In this document: positions 31,592 through 41,538 of the stretch, piece after piece | Position numbering within the stretch: the stretch's first letter is position 1 | Layout: each line of letters opens with the position of its first letter | Assembly: GCA_965224085.1 (NCBI GenBank) | Contig: CBDCYI010000005.1 | Coordinates: forward strand, 1,952,001-2,016,000 | Source: Candidatus Marinacidobacterales bacterium | GTDB lineage: Bacteria; Acidobacteriota; Vicinamibacteria; Marinacidobacterales; SMYC01 | DNA length: 64,000 nucleotides | Direction: 5' to 3' | The notes under the pieces: generated by a model | What the model was told of the DNA's origin: nothing | What the model saw: the letters and a program-made list of their open reading frames with translations, nothing else | Database searches by the model: none | Program-made: the position numbers and the translations under genes

Positions 31592-32224
31592 ATGATGGAC
31601 AAGGACTCCAGCTACTGGAATCGTTTTTGGGAAGGGCCGGAGATTGGACTGCAATGGAAGCACAAGGTCGCTGCGGAACTCGTCGCATCCGAGCCCGTGG
31701 TGGACATCGGCTGCGGGTCCGGACTCCTGCTGGAACTTCTCCGACAACGAGGGTTCCGCTCGCTCCTCGGCTGCGACATCTCGTCGAGCAGCTCCAAGCT
31801 ATTGAAGGAGAAGGAGCTGGACACTTTGCTTTGCGACGCAAGCCGACCCCTTCCGTTCGTATCGGACAGCTTCGCGACTGCTACTCTGGTGGACGTGCTC
31901 GAGCATTCCTTTGACCCGGAGAGGGTCCTTGCCGAAGCCGCGCGTGTAGCCCGCGAAGTCGTGGTCGTCGTCCCGAACTTCAATTCGGTGGTCGCTCGCG
32001 TTCAGGTCGCGATGGGAAGGGTGCCGGAGAACAATACACCTCGCAAGCGACACGTCTATTGGTTCAACTACGAAACCCTTGCCCGCGTCGTCTCCACGGT
32101 CGGACTCGAGGTCGGTGCCGAGCGGCACCATACGTTCAAGTACGACCACCCGTGGCTCGCTGCGTCTTTGCGGTGGCTCGGTCGATTACATCCACCCTTG
32201 CTCTCGTTGGTATTGTCAAGTTGA
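31592..32224 (+). CDS. class I SAM-dependent methyltransferase (MetW-like), C-terminus possibly clipped
   Basis: 'VVDIGCGSG', 'DVLEH' and 'VVPNF'. Confidence 0.8.
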   Translation: MMDKDSSYWNRFWEGPEIGLQWKHKVAAELVASEPVVDIGCGSGLLLELLRQRGFRSLLGCDISSSSSKLLKEKELDTLLCDASRPLPFVSDSFATATLVDVLEHSFDPERVLAEAARVAREVVVVVPNFNSVVARVQVAMGRVPENNTPRKRHVYWFNYETLARVVSTVGLEVGAERHHTFKYDHPWLAASLRWLGRLHPPLLSLVLSS

Positions 32225-32328
32225 GGTCTCAAGCTCGAAGCGGGCCGCTAGATGATGGGCCTTGAGCGCACGGCGTTGCCAATATCTTGGGGTCGGATCG
32301 GCCCTGAATGCCTCAACTAATAAGAAAC

Positions 32329-32980
32329 TCAGGGTGTAGCGTTGGCAAGAGGTGTGAGAGTGACGTCAAAACCGAGCTCCCTTAGGCGTCGTGTCATTCG
32401 TATTGTGAGCTGTTCCTTGTCGCGTTGATGGAAGTAATCGGCACCCAGTTCCCGGTATGGAATCTCATTGTGGAGCATGTAGTAGACGGCGGTGATGATG
32501 GAGGCGGCGACGGCGACGACAGCTTTCTTGGGGCCCCGACGAGATTTGAGCCGGAAGAACTGGGCACGCAGATAGCTGTCGCGCTTGCGGCTTGCCGCCC
32601 AAGCGGCTTGGACAAGAGCGGTCTTGAGCCATGGAGCCCCTTTGCGGGTTTTCTGAGAAAAGCGTTTACCGGCACTCTCATGAAGCCGTGGGCATAGACC
32701 GGCCCAAGAGCGAAGGTGTCCGGCCGTTGGGAATGCCGAGACATCGGGTCCGATCTCGGCGACGAGAATGGCCGCCGTGGCTTCACTGATGCCCGGGATC
32801 GTCACCAGAAGCTCGATGGCCGATCGAAAAGGGCGCAGGCTCTCTGTGATACGGGATTCGAGCGCGCTCACTGAGGCTTCAAGCTGCTCGATATGATTGA
32901 GATGAAAACCCAACAGGAAACGATGATGGTCGGTAACGTAGCCCTCGAGCGCTGCGCTCAATTCCTGTTCAGTGGCTTTG
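32329..32980 (-). pseudogene. IS110-family transposase, C-terminal half
   Basis: 'TIPGI', 'SWAGLCP...ESAGK' and 'KKAVVAVAASI'; the DEDD domain is missing. Confidence 0.85.
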
Positions 32981-33767
32981 AGTCGGCTTGAAGGAGGAAC
33001 GCCAACGTCGCCCCAAAGAGAACCAGCTGGCCTGACAGGTGCAGCGCTAGGGCCGGGGCCGACATCCGACACCTCAGGTGTGCGAAGAATGGAACACTGA
33101 GGAGAAATGTCGTTTCCTTGTTCCAGAGCGCTAGAGCGTAGACAGCGTAGAACAGCACCCACTGCCGTCGCCAGAGAAACGTGAGACCGAGCGTGAACAG
33201 CGTCAGGGCCGGGAAGTCGTAGAGCGTGTGCGCACCGAAGCCCCCGAAAAACGCGGGGAGCATGCAGAGGGCCATCAGGGCCAGAAGATCGGGTGTGCCT
33301 TTCGAGGAGAACTCGTAGAGACTCTCGGCAAGGACCCTGAATGCGAGCGGGAAGCCCACGAGGGCCACGTAGGACAGCGCGATAGCGATCAGAGATTCAA
33401 GGAAGTGACGGCGGGGCACCCGGAACTCACGAGCCGCACGCCGCATGGCTCCGGTGTCGAGCCTTGCTACCAGCCAGTCGGCCACGGAGTCGGGCACGGC
33501 AGACCTGATCAGAAGAGCCGTCGATGGCACCAGCGTCCGGCGGACCCAAGGCTTTTCTGCCTCACCATGGATCATCGCGGGGACCGTAGCTTCGACGTTC
33601 CTCAGGCGTAGGTGGGTGACCTGCAGGCTCCAATCTACCCCTATCCAGGAGACGAAGATCGGAAGCGCAGCAGCCGTGTAGACCGCCAAGCGGAGCAGGC
33701 CGCTTGAAGCTCTGCGCGTCGCTCGGCGCCCGCCCTGGTCCTCGACACCTGATGTGCTCGAACTCAT
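32958..33767 (-). pseudogene. multi-pass membrane protein (GT-C-like), truncated by the IS110 fragment
   Basis: Several TM helices, 'PWVRRTLVP', 'YDFP' and 'WNKET'. Confidence 0.5.
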
Positions 33768-33830
33768 TGCGCCTTCAATCAACGGAGCCTCCTCCAGCAG
33801 ATGCCTTGGCAACGACACTTGCCTTCATCA

Positions 33831-34098
<268 letters not shown>

Positions 34099-34432
34099 TA
34101 CCGCATTCATCGCTCGGGCCAGGCCTTCCCACCACCTGTGTCGAGCTTCCGATGAAACCGGACCAGCACCGGCATCAATTACCCGCCCAGCGCGCCGTTG
34201 CCTCGAGGCCGGTCCTTGGTGGGCTCCATCACGATTACCGGTTGTCACGCGTCGCCTGAAGGACCTAGCTTCTCGCGGGGAACACCGCGTTCTTTCTCAA
34301 GCACGTTATTGCGTCGGTGGCCCGGCAGCGACAGAGTGCAGAACCTCCACCGAGGCGAACACGAGTTCGCAGGACTTCAACTCCCATGGCTGTCTGCCCG
34401 TCAATACGCGATCTTCTTTTTTGCGGATCACA

Positions 34433-34748
34433 CCCGCGCCAGGTCGCCTACGATGGCGCGTTTTCTTCAAAGGCAAACTTGGAAGCCATCAAAGGCAAGG
34501 GAGTTGAAGATGTTGCCTTTACCAAGGCTCAAGGTTTCGCCGTGACCGATATGGTCAAGAGTTCCTGGGTCTATCAACGCCTGCGGCGATTTCGCTGCGG
34601 GATCGAAGGCGTCATTTCGTTCTTGAAACGAGTCTTTGGTCTCGACCGATGCACATGGCGCTCATTGCCTTCTTTTAAATCGTACGTATGGGGTTCTATC
34701 ATCACCTGCAATCTACTGGTGATGGCGAGACATCTATTAAGATCATAA
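34433..34748 (+). pseudogene. DDE transposase C-terminal fragment (ISNCY/IS5-like)
   Basis: 'AYDGAF...YQRLRRFRCGIEGVISFLKRVFGLDRCTWR'. Confidence 0.8.
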
Positions 34749-35076
34749 CTATTACTCTTCCGCTCCCATAGCCATGGATTGCTGACGATTCGCCTCTCGT
34801 TTCGTCCAAGATTTTCATTCGCTTCCGAGCCTACGAGGTGCCGACTGAAAACGTATAATACCCACATCTTCGATAGGCCTCTCGTACACCACAAGTTATG
34901 GTGTTTCTGGACAGGTACTAGTTAGTAAAATTCGTCACTGCTCGCTGTCAACGATAACCGTCAGGTCAACCGGGATGTGCCCGTAACAAAAGTGCAAACA
35001 GACGCTCGTCGGGCCTGCTTCGCTTTGGATTCTCGTCGTCGGCCCACTGTCGAATCCTCCCTATTGCTATCGATTG

Positions 35077-35105
35077 TTGACCCGCAAGTCAACTTCTTTG
35101 ATAAT
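35077..35105 (+). promoter_or_regulatory. sigma70-like promoter overlapped by an operator palindrome
   Basis: TTGACC-N17-GATAAT; GTTGAC-N6-GTCAAC at 35076-35093. Confidence 0.55.
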
Positions 35106-35134
35106 CACGTCTCTGTCCAGAGCGCGTTTTGACA

Positions 35135-36182
35135 ATGGCAACGCTCGGTGCCAGCCTCGCCCTCACCGGGCCCGAGACCGTCTATGCCAATCAGCTGCGC
35201 CACGCTCTGGAGCTGGCCCTCGAAGATGCCGGCACTCCGTCAGTCTCCTTGTATATCGAAGACGACGCTTCCGAGAAAGAGGAAGCGCGCGCCGCCGCCT
35301 GAACGGCTCGCGGCGGACCCTGCTGTTTTTGCGGTCGTCGGCCCGATGAACTCATGGACGGCAGAGGTCCAGGCGCCGATTTTCGCCCGTGCCGGACTCG
35401 CCCAGCTGACGCCATCGGCATCCAAACCCGAGCTTTCCCAGCGGCGCTGGGCGAGCTTCTTTCGCATGTGTGCCAATGATCTCGAGCAGGGGAAGGTGCT
35501 CGCCAGGCTCGCCGCAGATGTGCTCCACTCCCGCTCGGTCGGGACGATCCACGACGGTACCTCCTTTGGCGAGCCTCTCGCCAACGTCTTCGCCCAGGAA
35601 TCCGAGCGACTGGGAATGGACGTCTCGTGCCGCTTGGGGTTACGCTTTGGCGAAGAGTCTTCCTTCGTTTCTGCGGCGAGAGCCGTGGCGCGGCACCAGC
35701 CGGATGCGGTCCTGGTGGTGGGACTCGAAGACCCGTGCCGGGATGTGGCTCGCGCCATGCGAGAAGAAGGGGTGAAAAGCGTCTTCCTCGGCACCGACGC
35801 CATCAAGCCCACTCAGGTGCTCGTCACCCCCGGCTTCGAGGGCCCCTATCTGACCAATGCCGGGACCCACGCCGCCGATCAGATCCCGGAGTTTCACCGC
35901 CGGTTCGAATCCCGATTCGGAACGCACCATTCCATCTACACGGTGGAAGCATACGATGCGGCGCGCTTGCTGGTCGAAGTGATGAACGACGTCGGACGGG
36001 AGAGAGCGCGGGTAGTCGAGGCTCTGAGAAGTCTCCACTTCGAAGGCATGAGCGGGTCCATTCGCTTCGACGACAATGGGGAGAGACGTAATCCCGTGAT
36101 CGGGTTTTACCGCTACGACGACGGCCTCCACTACCTCGGAACCGCTCACCAGGTGCTGTCGCGCGGGGCAGAGGCTTCGTGA
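35135..36182 (+). CDS. branched-chain amino acid (LivK-type) substrate-binding-fold protein, frameshift near 35299
   Basis: ATG 35135 gives MATLGASLALTG...IEDD...EEARAAA*, continuing in another frame as ERLAADPAVFAVVGP...FFR..AND...AYDA. Confidence 0.75.
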
Positions 36183-36910
36183 GAGCCGCTTCCCGCGACC
36201 GGGCCGCTCTCGTCTGCGGCGCCGCCGGGGAGCTTGGGTGCGCCGTGGCCAATCGACTCGCTCGTGAAGGTACGGCACTCGTTCTCGTCGACGTCGATGA
36301 GCCCTACCTCGAGCGCGTGGCCGGACAGGCCAGCGATTGGAAAACACCGGTTGCTCAGGTGGTCGCCGATCTGACGACTGAAAACGGGCGGCTGCGATTG
36401 GCGACAGCGCTGTCGGAGCTCACTGGAGCAATACCATCGGTGCTGGTAAGCCACGCCCGCATCGAAACGCGCGCACCGTTCCTCTCCGTAGAACCGAGAG
36501 ACTATCGCCGCCAGATGGACGCATCGGTCGAAGCGGCGTTCTTTGCCGGCCAGCAATTGGCATGCCAGTGGATCGAGTCCGATAGCGCGGGAGTGGTGGT
36601 CCACATCGCGTCCATTGCCGGCACGGTGCATTTCCCGGAGCGCTCCGCCTGCGCCACCGCCATGGCGGCCCTCCGGGGATTGACGGGCGCGATGGCCTAC
36701 GAACTCGCACCGCACGGTATTCGTGTCAACGCGGTCGCTCCGGGATGCCTGGAAACGGCTGTGAACGGGATCGAGCGCACCTCCGTCCCCGCCGGTCGTC
36801 TCGGATCCGCAGACGAGGTCGCAGGAGTCATCTCGTTCCTCGTCTCCGAGCGCTCCTCTTACATCACCGGCCAGACGATCACCGTGGATGGAGGCTACTC
36901 GCTTCAGTGA
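36179..36910 (+). CDS. SDR-family protein with degenerate active site
   Basis: 'CGAAGELG', 'IRVNAVAPG' and 'YITGQTITVDGG'; the YxxxK position reads CATAM. Confidence 0.8.
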   Translation: MRAASRDRAALVCGAAGELGCAVANRLAREGTALVLVDVDEPYLERVAGQASDWKTPVAQVVADLTTENGRLRLATALSELTGAIPSVLVSHARIETRAPFLSVEPRDYRRQMDASVEAAFFAGQQLACQWIESDSAGVVVHIASIAGTVHFPERSACATAMAALRGLTGAMAYELAPHGIRVNAVAPGCLETAVNGIERTSVPAGRLGSADEVAGVISFLVSERSSYITGQTITVDGGYSLQ

Positions 36911-37647
36911 AAGACAAGCGCCTCCGGGACAAAGTCGCGATCGTCACCGGCGGTGGTCGTGGTATCGGCTACGCGACCGCGGTGGAGATGTGGCGTGAGG
37001 GAGCTCGGGTCTTCGTCGCCGATCTGCCGGAACGTGGTCTGCCCGAGACGGAACTCCCTCTCGAGCGCGTGCCGGTGGACCTCACCGAGCCGGGCGCTGT
37101 CTCGAGTCTGATGGAGCGGGTCGTTTCGAAGGCGGGGGCGCTCGACGTGCTGGTGAACAACGCCGGCCTGTTGCTCTCGAGACTTGTGCAAGATGTCACT
37201 CGGGAAGACTGGTCGCGGCTCATGGCGGTGAACCTCGAGGCGGTGTTCTTCGCCAGCCGCGAGGCGGCGTCGATGATGAGCAAGCGAAACGGAGGCGCTA
37301 TCGTCAACATCGCGAGCACATCGGCGTTCGTCGCCTGCGGGGGGCAGGCCGTCTACGAAGCCTCGAAGGCCGGGGTCGCAATGCTCACGCGCTCGATGGC
37401 GGTGGAAATGGCGCCCGACAACATTCGCATCAACGCGGTTGCTCCCGGCCTCATCGAGACCGACATGACGAGGTCTCTTTTCGGGAGCCAGGAAAAGCTG
37501 GCGTCCCGGGTTCGCGAAAAAGTACCTCTGAACCGCGCCGGAACGCCGGAGGATATTGCCAAAGCGATCGTGTTTCTCGCATCCGAGGACGCGAGCTTTA
37601 TCTACGGCGAAACGCTGGTCGTCGACGGCGGCTGGTTGCTTTCGTGA
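36907..37647 (+). CDS. SDR-family oxidoreductase
   Basis: TGGGRGIG, NNAG and YEASK; the GTG start overlaps the upstream stop. Confidence 0.9.
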   Translation: MKDKRLRDKVAIVTGGGRGIGYATAVEMWREGARVFVADLPERGLPETELPLERVPVDLTEPGAVSSLMERVVSKAGALDVLVNNAGLLLSRLVQDVTREDWSRLMAVNLEAVFFASREAASMMSKRNGGAIVNIASTSAFVACGGQAVYEASKAGVAMLTRSMAVEMAPDNIRINAVAPGLIETDMTRSLFGSQEKLASRVREKVPLNRAGTPEDIAKAIVFLASEDASFIYGETLVVDGGWLLS

Positions 37648-37658
37648 GGGCATCGAGG

Positions 37659-37793
37659 ATGGAAGATATCAACCTGCTGTCGCATTGGTTGTTTCTCTAT
37701 GGGCCCCTGATCCTCTACCTCGTGATCGGCATCGTGGTGCACCTGAGCTACGGCAAAGGTGGACGAGGTACGAAGAAAGAGGACGCCTCCTGA
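37659..37793 (+). CDS. 44 aa single-TM protein preceding the symporter
   Basis: GAGG RBS; MEDINLLSHWLFLYGPLILYLVIGIVVHLSYGKGGRGTKKEDAS; TGATG overlap with the symporter. Below the ORF-track cutoff. Confidence 0.65.
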   Translation: MEDINLLSHWLFLYGPLILYLVIGIVVHLSYGKGGRGTKKEDAS

Positions 37794-39331
37794 TGTCCGG
37801 CATCTCCATCGCATTCGTGCTCTACCTGAGCGCGATCATCGTGATCGCGGTGAAAAGCATGCGGGCCGTCGGCTCTACGACCGACTTCCTGCTGGGAGGC
37901 CGCAAGATCGGTGCTGTCGCGACGGCAATCAGTGCCGCCTCCTCGGCCCGGAGCGCATCCAGCATGATTGGCCAGGCGGGTCTCGCTTTCATGATGGGGT
38001 TCCAGGCGATCTGGATCGTTTTCGCTTCGACCATCCTCGAGTACCTTGCCATGCTTTATTTCCTCGGTCCGAAGCTGAGGCGGTTCTCCGGTCGTCGGGG
38101 TGCCATCACCATCCCTGAATATCTAGAAGAGCGTTTCCAGGATCGCGGACACGTGCTGCGGGTCACCTGCGCGCTGGCCTTGATCGTCTTCATGATCGCC
38201 TACGTCGTCTCGCAATACGTGGGGATGAGTTTCACGATCTCGCAGGTCCTGAACTGGCCGCTCGTTCCCGCGGTGATTCTCGCCGCCGTCATCACCGCGA
38301 GCTACACCATGATCGGTGGCTATCGGGCGGTCGTCCATACCGACGTCATGCAGGGTTGCATGATGGCCCTGGCCATGCTGGTGGTCCCCGTTCTCGCCTG
38401 GCGATCGGCGGGCGGGCTCGAGAATGTCGTTCGCTCGCTGAACGAGATCGGCGGCACGGATCTCTCCGGTGTCATCGGAAGCGGCGGCTATCCATTCGCC
38501 ATCGGCATGCTCTTTGCCGGTCTCGGGGCCTTCGGGAATCCTCACATCGTCATCCGTTACATGAGCATTCGATCCGTGAGCGAGCTTAAGCTCGCCGCCT
38601 TCATCAACCTCATTTTCAACATCATTATCAACTGGGGCGGGATGTTCATCGGGCTGGCGGGACGGGTCCTGTACCGGGACGTCTCGGCCCTGCCTTTCGA
38701 GAACCGCGAGATGATCTTCTTCGAGGTGAGCCGGAACATGGTCCCGTACAGCTTCCTGGTCGGGATCATGTGGGCGGGGGTGTTCGCCGCGATGATGTCG
38801 TCCGCCGACTCGATGATGCTGGTCGTTACTTCGTCGGTCAGCCGCGACATCTACGAAAAAGTGATCAAGGCCGGGGAGAAGATTCGAGAAGGGGATCTGG
38901 TGCGAATCGATCGCCTGGTGGTCCTGGGTGTCGTGCTGATCTGCCTCGTGCTCACCTTCTTCCTAGAAAAGTCGGCTCTCCTGATCGCTCTGTTCGCCTA
39001 TGGGGGCTTGGGCGGAGCGCTCGGTCCCGTGATTCTTCTTTCACTCTGGTGGCCGCGCATGACAAAGTGGGGTGCCTTTGCCGGATTGCTGGGAGGGATT
39101 GCGATGGCCGTCGTCTGGCGATTCACGCCGGCGCTGGTGGCCATCGTCGCCTACGAGGCTCTTCCGGCGTTCCTGTTCTCGCTCGGCGTGGCCGTCATCA
39201 TGAGTCTCTTGACCCGGCCCACGCCGGATCCGAACCTGTTAGAAGATCTTGGGGTCCGCGCGAGAATAAGTGCCCATTCTTGGGTGTCGAGGCGCCCGTC
39301 TGGCAAGGCGCGAGAAGCGAATAATATGTAG
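37793..39331 (+). CDS. sodium:solute symporter (PutP-like)
   Basis: 'DFLLGGRKIG', 'TIPEYLEERF', 'GGYRAVVHTD', 'GNPHIVIRYM' and 'AAMMSSADS'. Confidence 0.9.
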   Translation: MSGISIAFVLYLSAIIVIAVKSMRAVGSTTDFLLGGRKIGAVATAISAASSARSASSMIGQAGLAFMMGFQAIWIVFASTILEYLAMLYFLGPKLRRFSGRRGAITIPEYLEERFQDRGHVLRVTCALALIVFMIAYVVSQYVGMSFTISQVLNWPLVPAVILAAVITASYTMIGGYRAVVHTDVMQGCMMALAMLVVPVLAWRSAGGLENVVRSLNEIGGTDLSGVIGSGGYPFAIGMLFAGLGAFGNPHIVIRYMSIRSVSELKLAAFINLIFNIIINWGGMFIGLAGRVLYRDVSALPFENREMIFFEVSRNMVPYSFLVGIMWAGVFAAMMSSADSMMLVVTSSVSRDIYEKVIKAGEKIREGDLVRIDRLVVLGVVLICLVLTFFLEKSALLIALFAYGGLGGALGPVILLSLWWPRMTKWGAFAGLLGGIAMAVVWRFTPALVAIVAYEALPAFLFSLGVAVIMSLLTRPTPDPNLLEDLGVRARISAHSWVSRRPSGKAREANNM

Positions 39332-39463
39332 ATATATGAGCATCTTGGCGGAAAGCGGCGAGCAACGCAGTCAGACGGGATGGACCGGCGTCCAAGAATC
39401 GGTAGTCATTTTTGCGCGGGCCCCTAGGTTTCCGCCGGCCTCGGAAACGGATGTGGAGCTCCG

Positions 39464-40225
39464 ATGAGATATTCTTTCAATGACCAAGTGGCGATCGTGA
39501 CCGGCGCCGCCGGGGGGATCGGAAGCGCGGTTTCGAAACGCTTCCTTTCCGAAGGCGCACGCGTCGTCCTTCTGGATCTTCCCACCTCGCGCGTTGTCTC
39601 CTTTGCGAAAGAGCTGGACGAGACCGAGAAACGTGTGATGGCCGTTGCCGCCGACGTCACCCGGCAAGAAGACGTTCGCGGCGCGGTGCACGAGGCGAAG
39701 GAGCGCTTCGGCTCGGTCGACATCCTCATCAACAACGCCGGTATCGCCCCGAAGTCGCCCTTCCTCGAGCTCGATATGGCCACCTTCGACAAAGTCATGG
39801 CGGTCAACGTTCGGGGCTCGTTTCTCATGGCCCTTGAATGTGCCCGGGAAATGGTGCGCCAGTGCCGCGGATCGATCGTGCAGATTGCCTCGACCTGTGC
39901 GTTCTCGGCGGGGGCCTCCCGAAATCTTTCCGCCTACAACATGTCCAAGGCCGCAGTGCGCCAAATGGTGCCGAGCCTGGCGGCCGAGCTGGCGCATCTC
40001 GGCGTGCGCGTCAACGCCGTGGCACCCGGCACCATCGACACCGAGATGACGAGGGCCTGCATTCCCGATGAGGATTCGGTGGCAGGGGCCCTCGGTAAGA
40101 TTCCGTTGCGCAGCTTCGGCGAGCCGGAAGACATCGCCGCGACCTGCGCGTTCCTGTGCTCACCGGACGCGGCCTACATCACCGGGCAGACGGTCATCGT
40201 CGACGGCGGCTGGCTCATCAGCTGA
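39464..40225 (+). CDS. SDR-family oxidoreductase
   Basis: TGAAGGIG, NNAG and YNMSK. Confidence 0.9.
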   Translation: MRYSFNDQVAIVTGAAGGIGSAVSKRFLSEGARVVLLDLPTSRVVSFAKELDETEKRVMAVAADVTRQEDVRGAVHEAKERFGSVDILINNAGIAPKSPFLELDMATFDKVMAVNVRGSFLMALECAREMVRQCRGSIVQIASTCAFSAGASRNLSAYNMSKAAVRQMVPSLAAELAHLGVRVNAVAPGTIDTEMTRACIPDEDSVAGALGKIPLRSFGEPEDIAATCAFLCSPDAAYITGQTVIVDGGWLIS

Positions 40226-40351
40226 TGTCTTTCGCCTGAAAGGTTCACTATGGCCCTGGACTGAGGCATCCCTCTCGAGAGGTTGACACTTTCGAGCCGC
40301 TCCTGTATTTTCGACCGGCGAGTCAAACTCTCGAGCCCGCACCGAGGACAG

Positions 40352-41113
40352 ATGGCCAACTCCCTACAAAGTCGGGTCGCTCTCGTCACCGGAGCGGCGG
40401 GCGGCATCGGAAGGGCGATCTGCGAGCGGTTTCTTGCGGAGGGGGCGCGGGTAGCCCTTCTCGACGTTGCTGGGTCGACGATCGCCGATGCGACCGCCGA
40501 ACTCGATCCGACGGGAGAGAGAGCGTTCGCACTCCCAGCCGACGCGAGTGTCGAACAAGAGGTGCAGCAGGCGGTGGCCGCTGCCAAGGATCGGTTCGGC
40601 TCGGTGGACATCCTCGTCAACAACGCGGGGATCCCGGGGATGGGCGCGTTGTTGGACACGGAAATGGATCGTTTCGACCGGGTCATGGAGGTCAACGTCC
40701 GCGGCTCTTTCCTGATGGCGCGAACCTGTGCGGGGGAGATGGTCCGGCAGCGTCGCGGGTCCATCGTGCAGATCGCCTCGACTTTTGCTTATTCCGCGGG
40801 GGCGCTTCGTCACTTCTCCGTTTACAACATGTCGAAGGCGGCGGTGCGGCAGATGGTTCCCAGTCTCGCCGGCGAGCTCGCACCGCACAACGTGCGGGTA
40901 AATGCGGTGGCTCCGGGCACCATCGATACCGCATTCGCGAGGCAATGCATGCCGAACGAAAAATCGGTCGAGATGACCCTCCGGAGGATTCCACTCCGCC
41001 GCTTCGGCCAGCCGCACGACATCGCCAGTGTGTGTGCTTTTCTGTGCTCCGACGATGCCCGCTACATCACCGGCCAGACGGTGGTGGCCGACGGCGGCTT
41101 CTTGATTGGGTGA
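40352..41113 (+). CDS. SDR-family oxidoreductase, close paralog of the preceding gene
   Basis: TGAAGGIG, NNAG and 'YNMSKAAVRQMVPSLA' shared with 39464-40225. Confidence 0.9.
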   Translation: MANSLQSRVALVTGAAGGIGRAICERFLAEGARVALLDVAGSTIADATAELDPTGERAFALPADASVEQEVQQAVAAAKDRFGSVDILVNNAGIPGMGALLDTEMDRFDRVMEVNVRGSFLMARTCAGEMVRQRRGSIVQIASTFAYSAGALRHFSVYNMSKAAVRQMVPSLAGELAPHNVRVNAVAPGTIDTAFARQCMPNEKSVEMTLRRIPLRRFGQPHDIASVCAFLCSDDARYITGQTVVADGGFLIG

Positions 41114-41121
41114 GGTCCGCA

Positions 41122-41538
41122 ATGAAAACTATCCAGAAGCGTCTCTCCGAGATTCCACTGACCCGAAGCGTCATTCCGACCAACAAGGGCACGACCCATT
41201 ACAAGCGTGCCTACGAGCGCGGCGCCGACGGCGTCGTGGGTCCCTGGGAATGCGTCGACTACATGATCATCCCGCCCGGAACCCAGTTCGGTGTGCACAT
41301 CCACGACGGCTCGGAGGAAATGTACTTCCTCATCAAGGGGCGCGGCACGGCGCTGCTCGACGGTGAGGAGCACCCGGTAGGCCCGGGAGACTTCTTGATG
41401 TTGCAAAACGGCGGGGCCCATGGCCTCCGGAACGATGGCACCGAGGACATCGAGCTTCTCTGCGTGTGCGTCTACCTCGGCGATGATCACAACCTGATTC
41501 CCGTCTGGGACGGGACGGACGCGGAGGCCGAACGGTGA
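41122..41538 (+). CDS. cupin domain protein
   Basis: 'HIH...EEMYFLIKGRG...VGPGD...AHGLRN'. Confidence 0.85.
   Translation: MKTIQKRLSEIPLTRSVIPTNKGTTHYKRAYERGADGVVGPWECVDYMIIPPGTQFGVHIHDGSEEMYFLIKGRGTALLDGEEHPVGPGDFLMLQNGGAHGLRNDGTEDIELLCVCVYLGDDHNLIPVWDGTDAEAER

Noticed and set aside
8060-32222. GGTA.TG.CAAGT motif at ~8071 (minus), 10624, 29849 and 32209
   Set aside because: Probably another IS-end scar, but too short and degenerate to define an element or family.
34887-34903. CACCACAAGTTATGGTG as another NrdR-like box
   Set aside because: Single, weaker match located in an IS end; not enough support.
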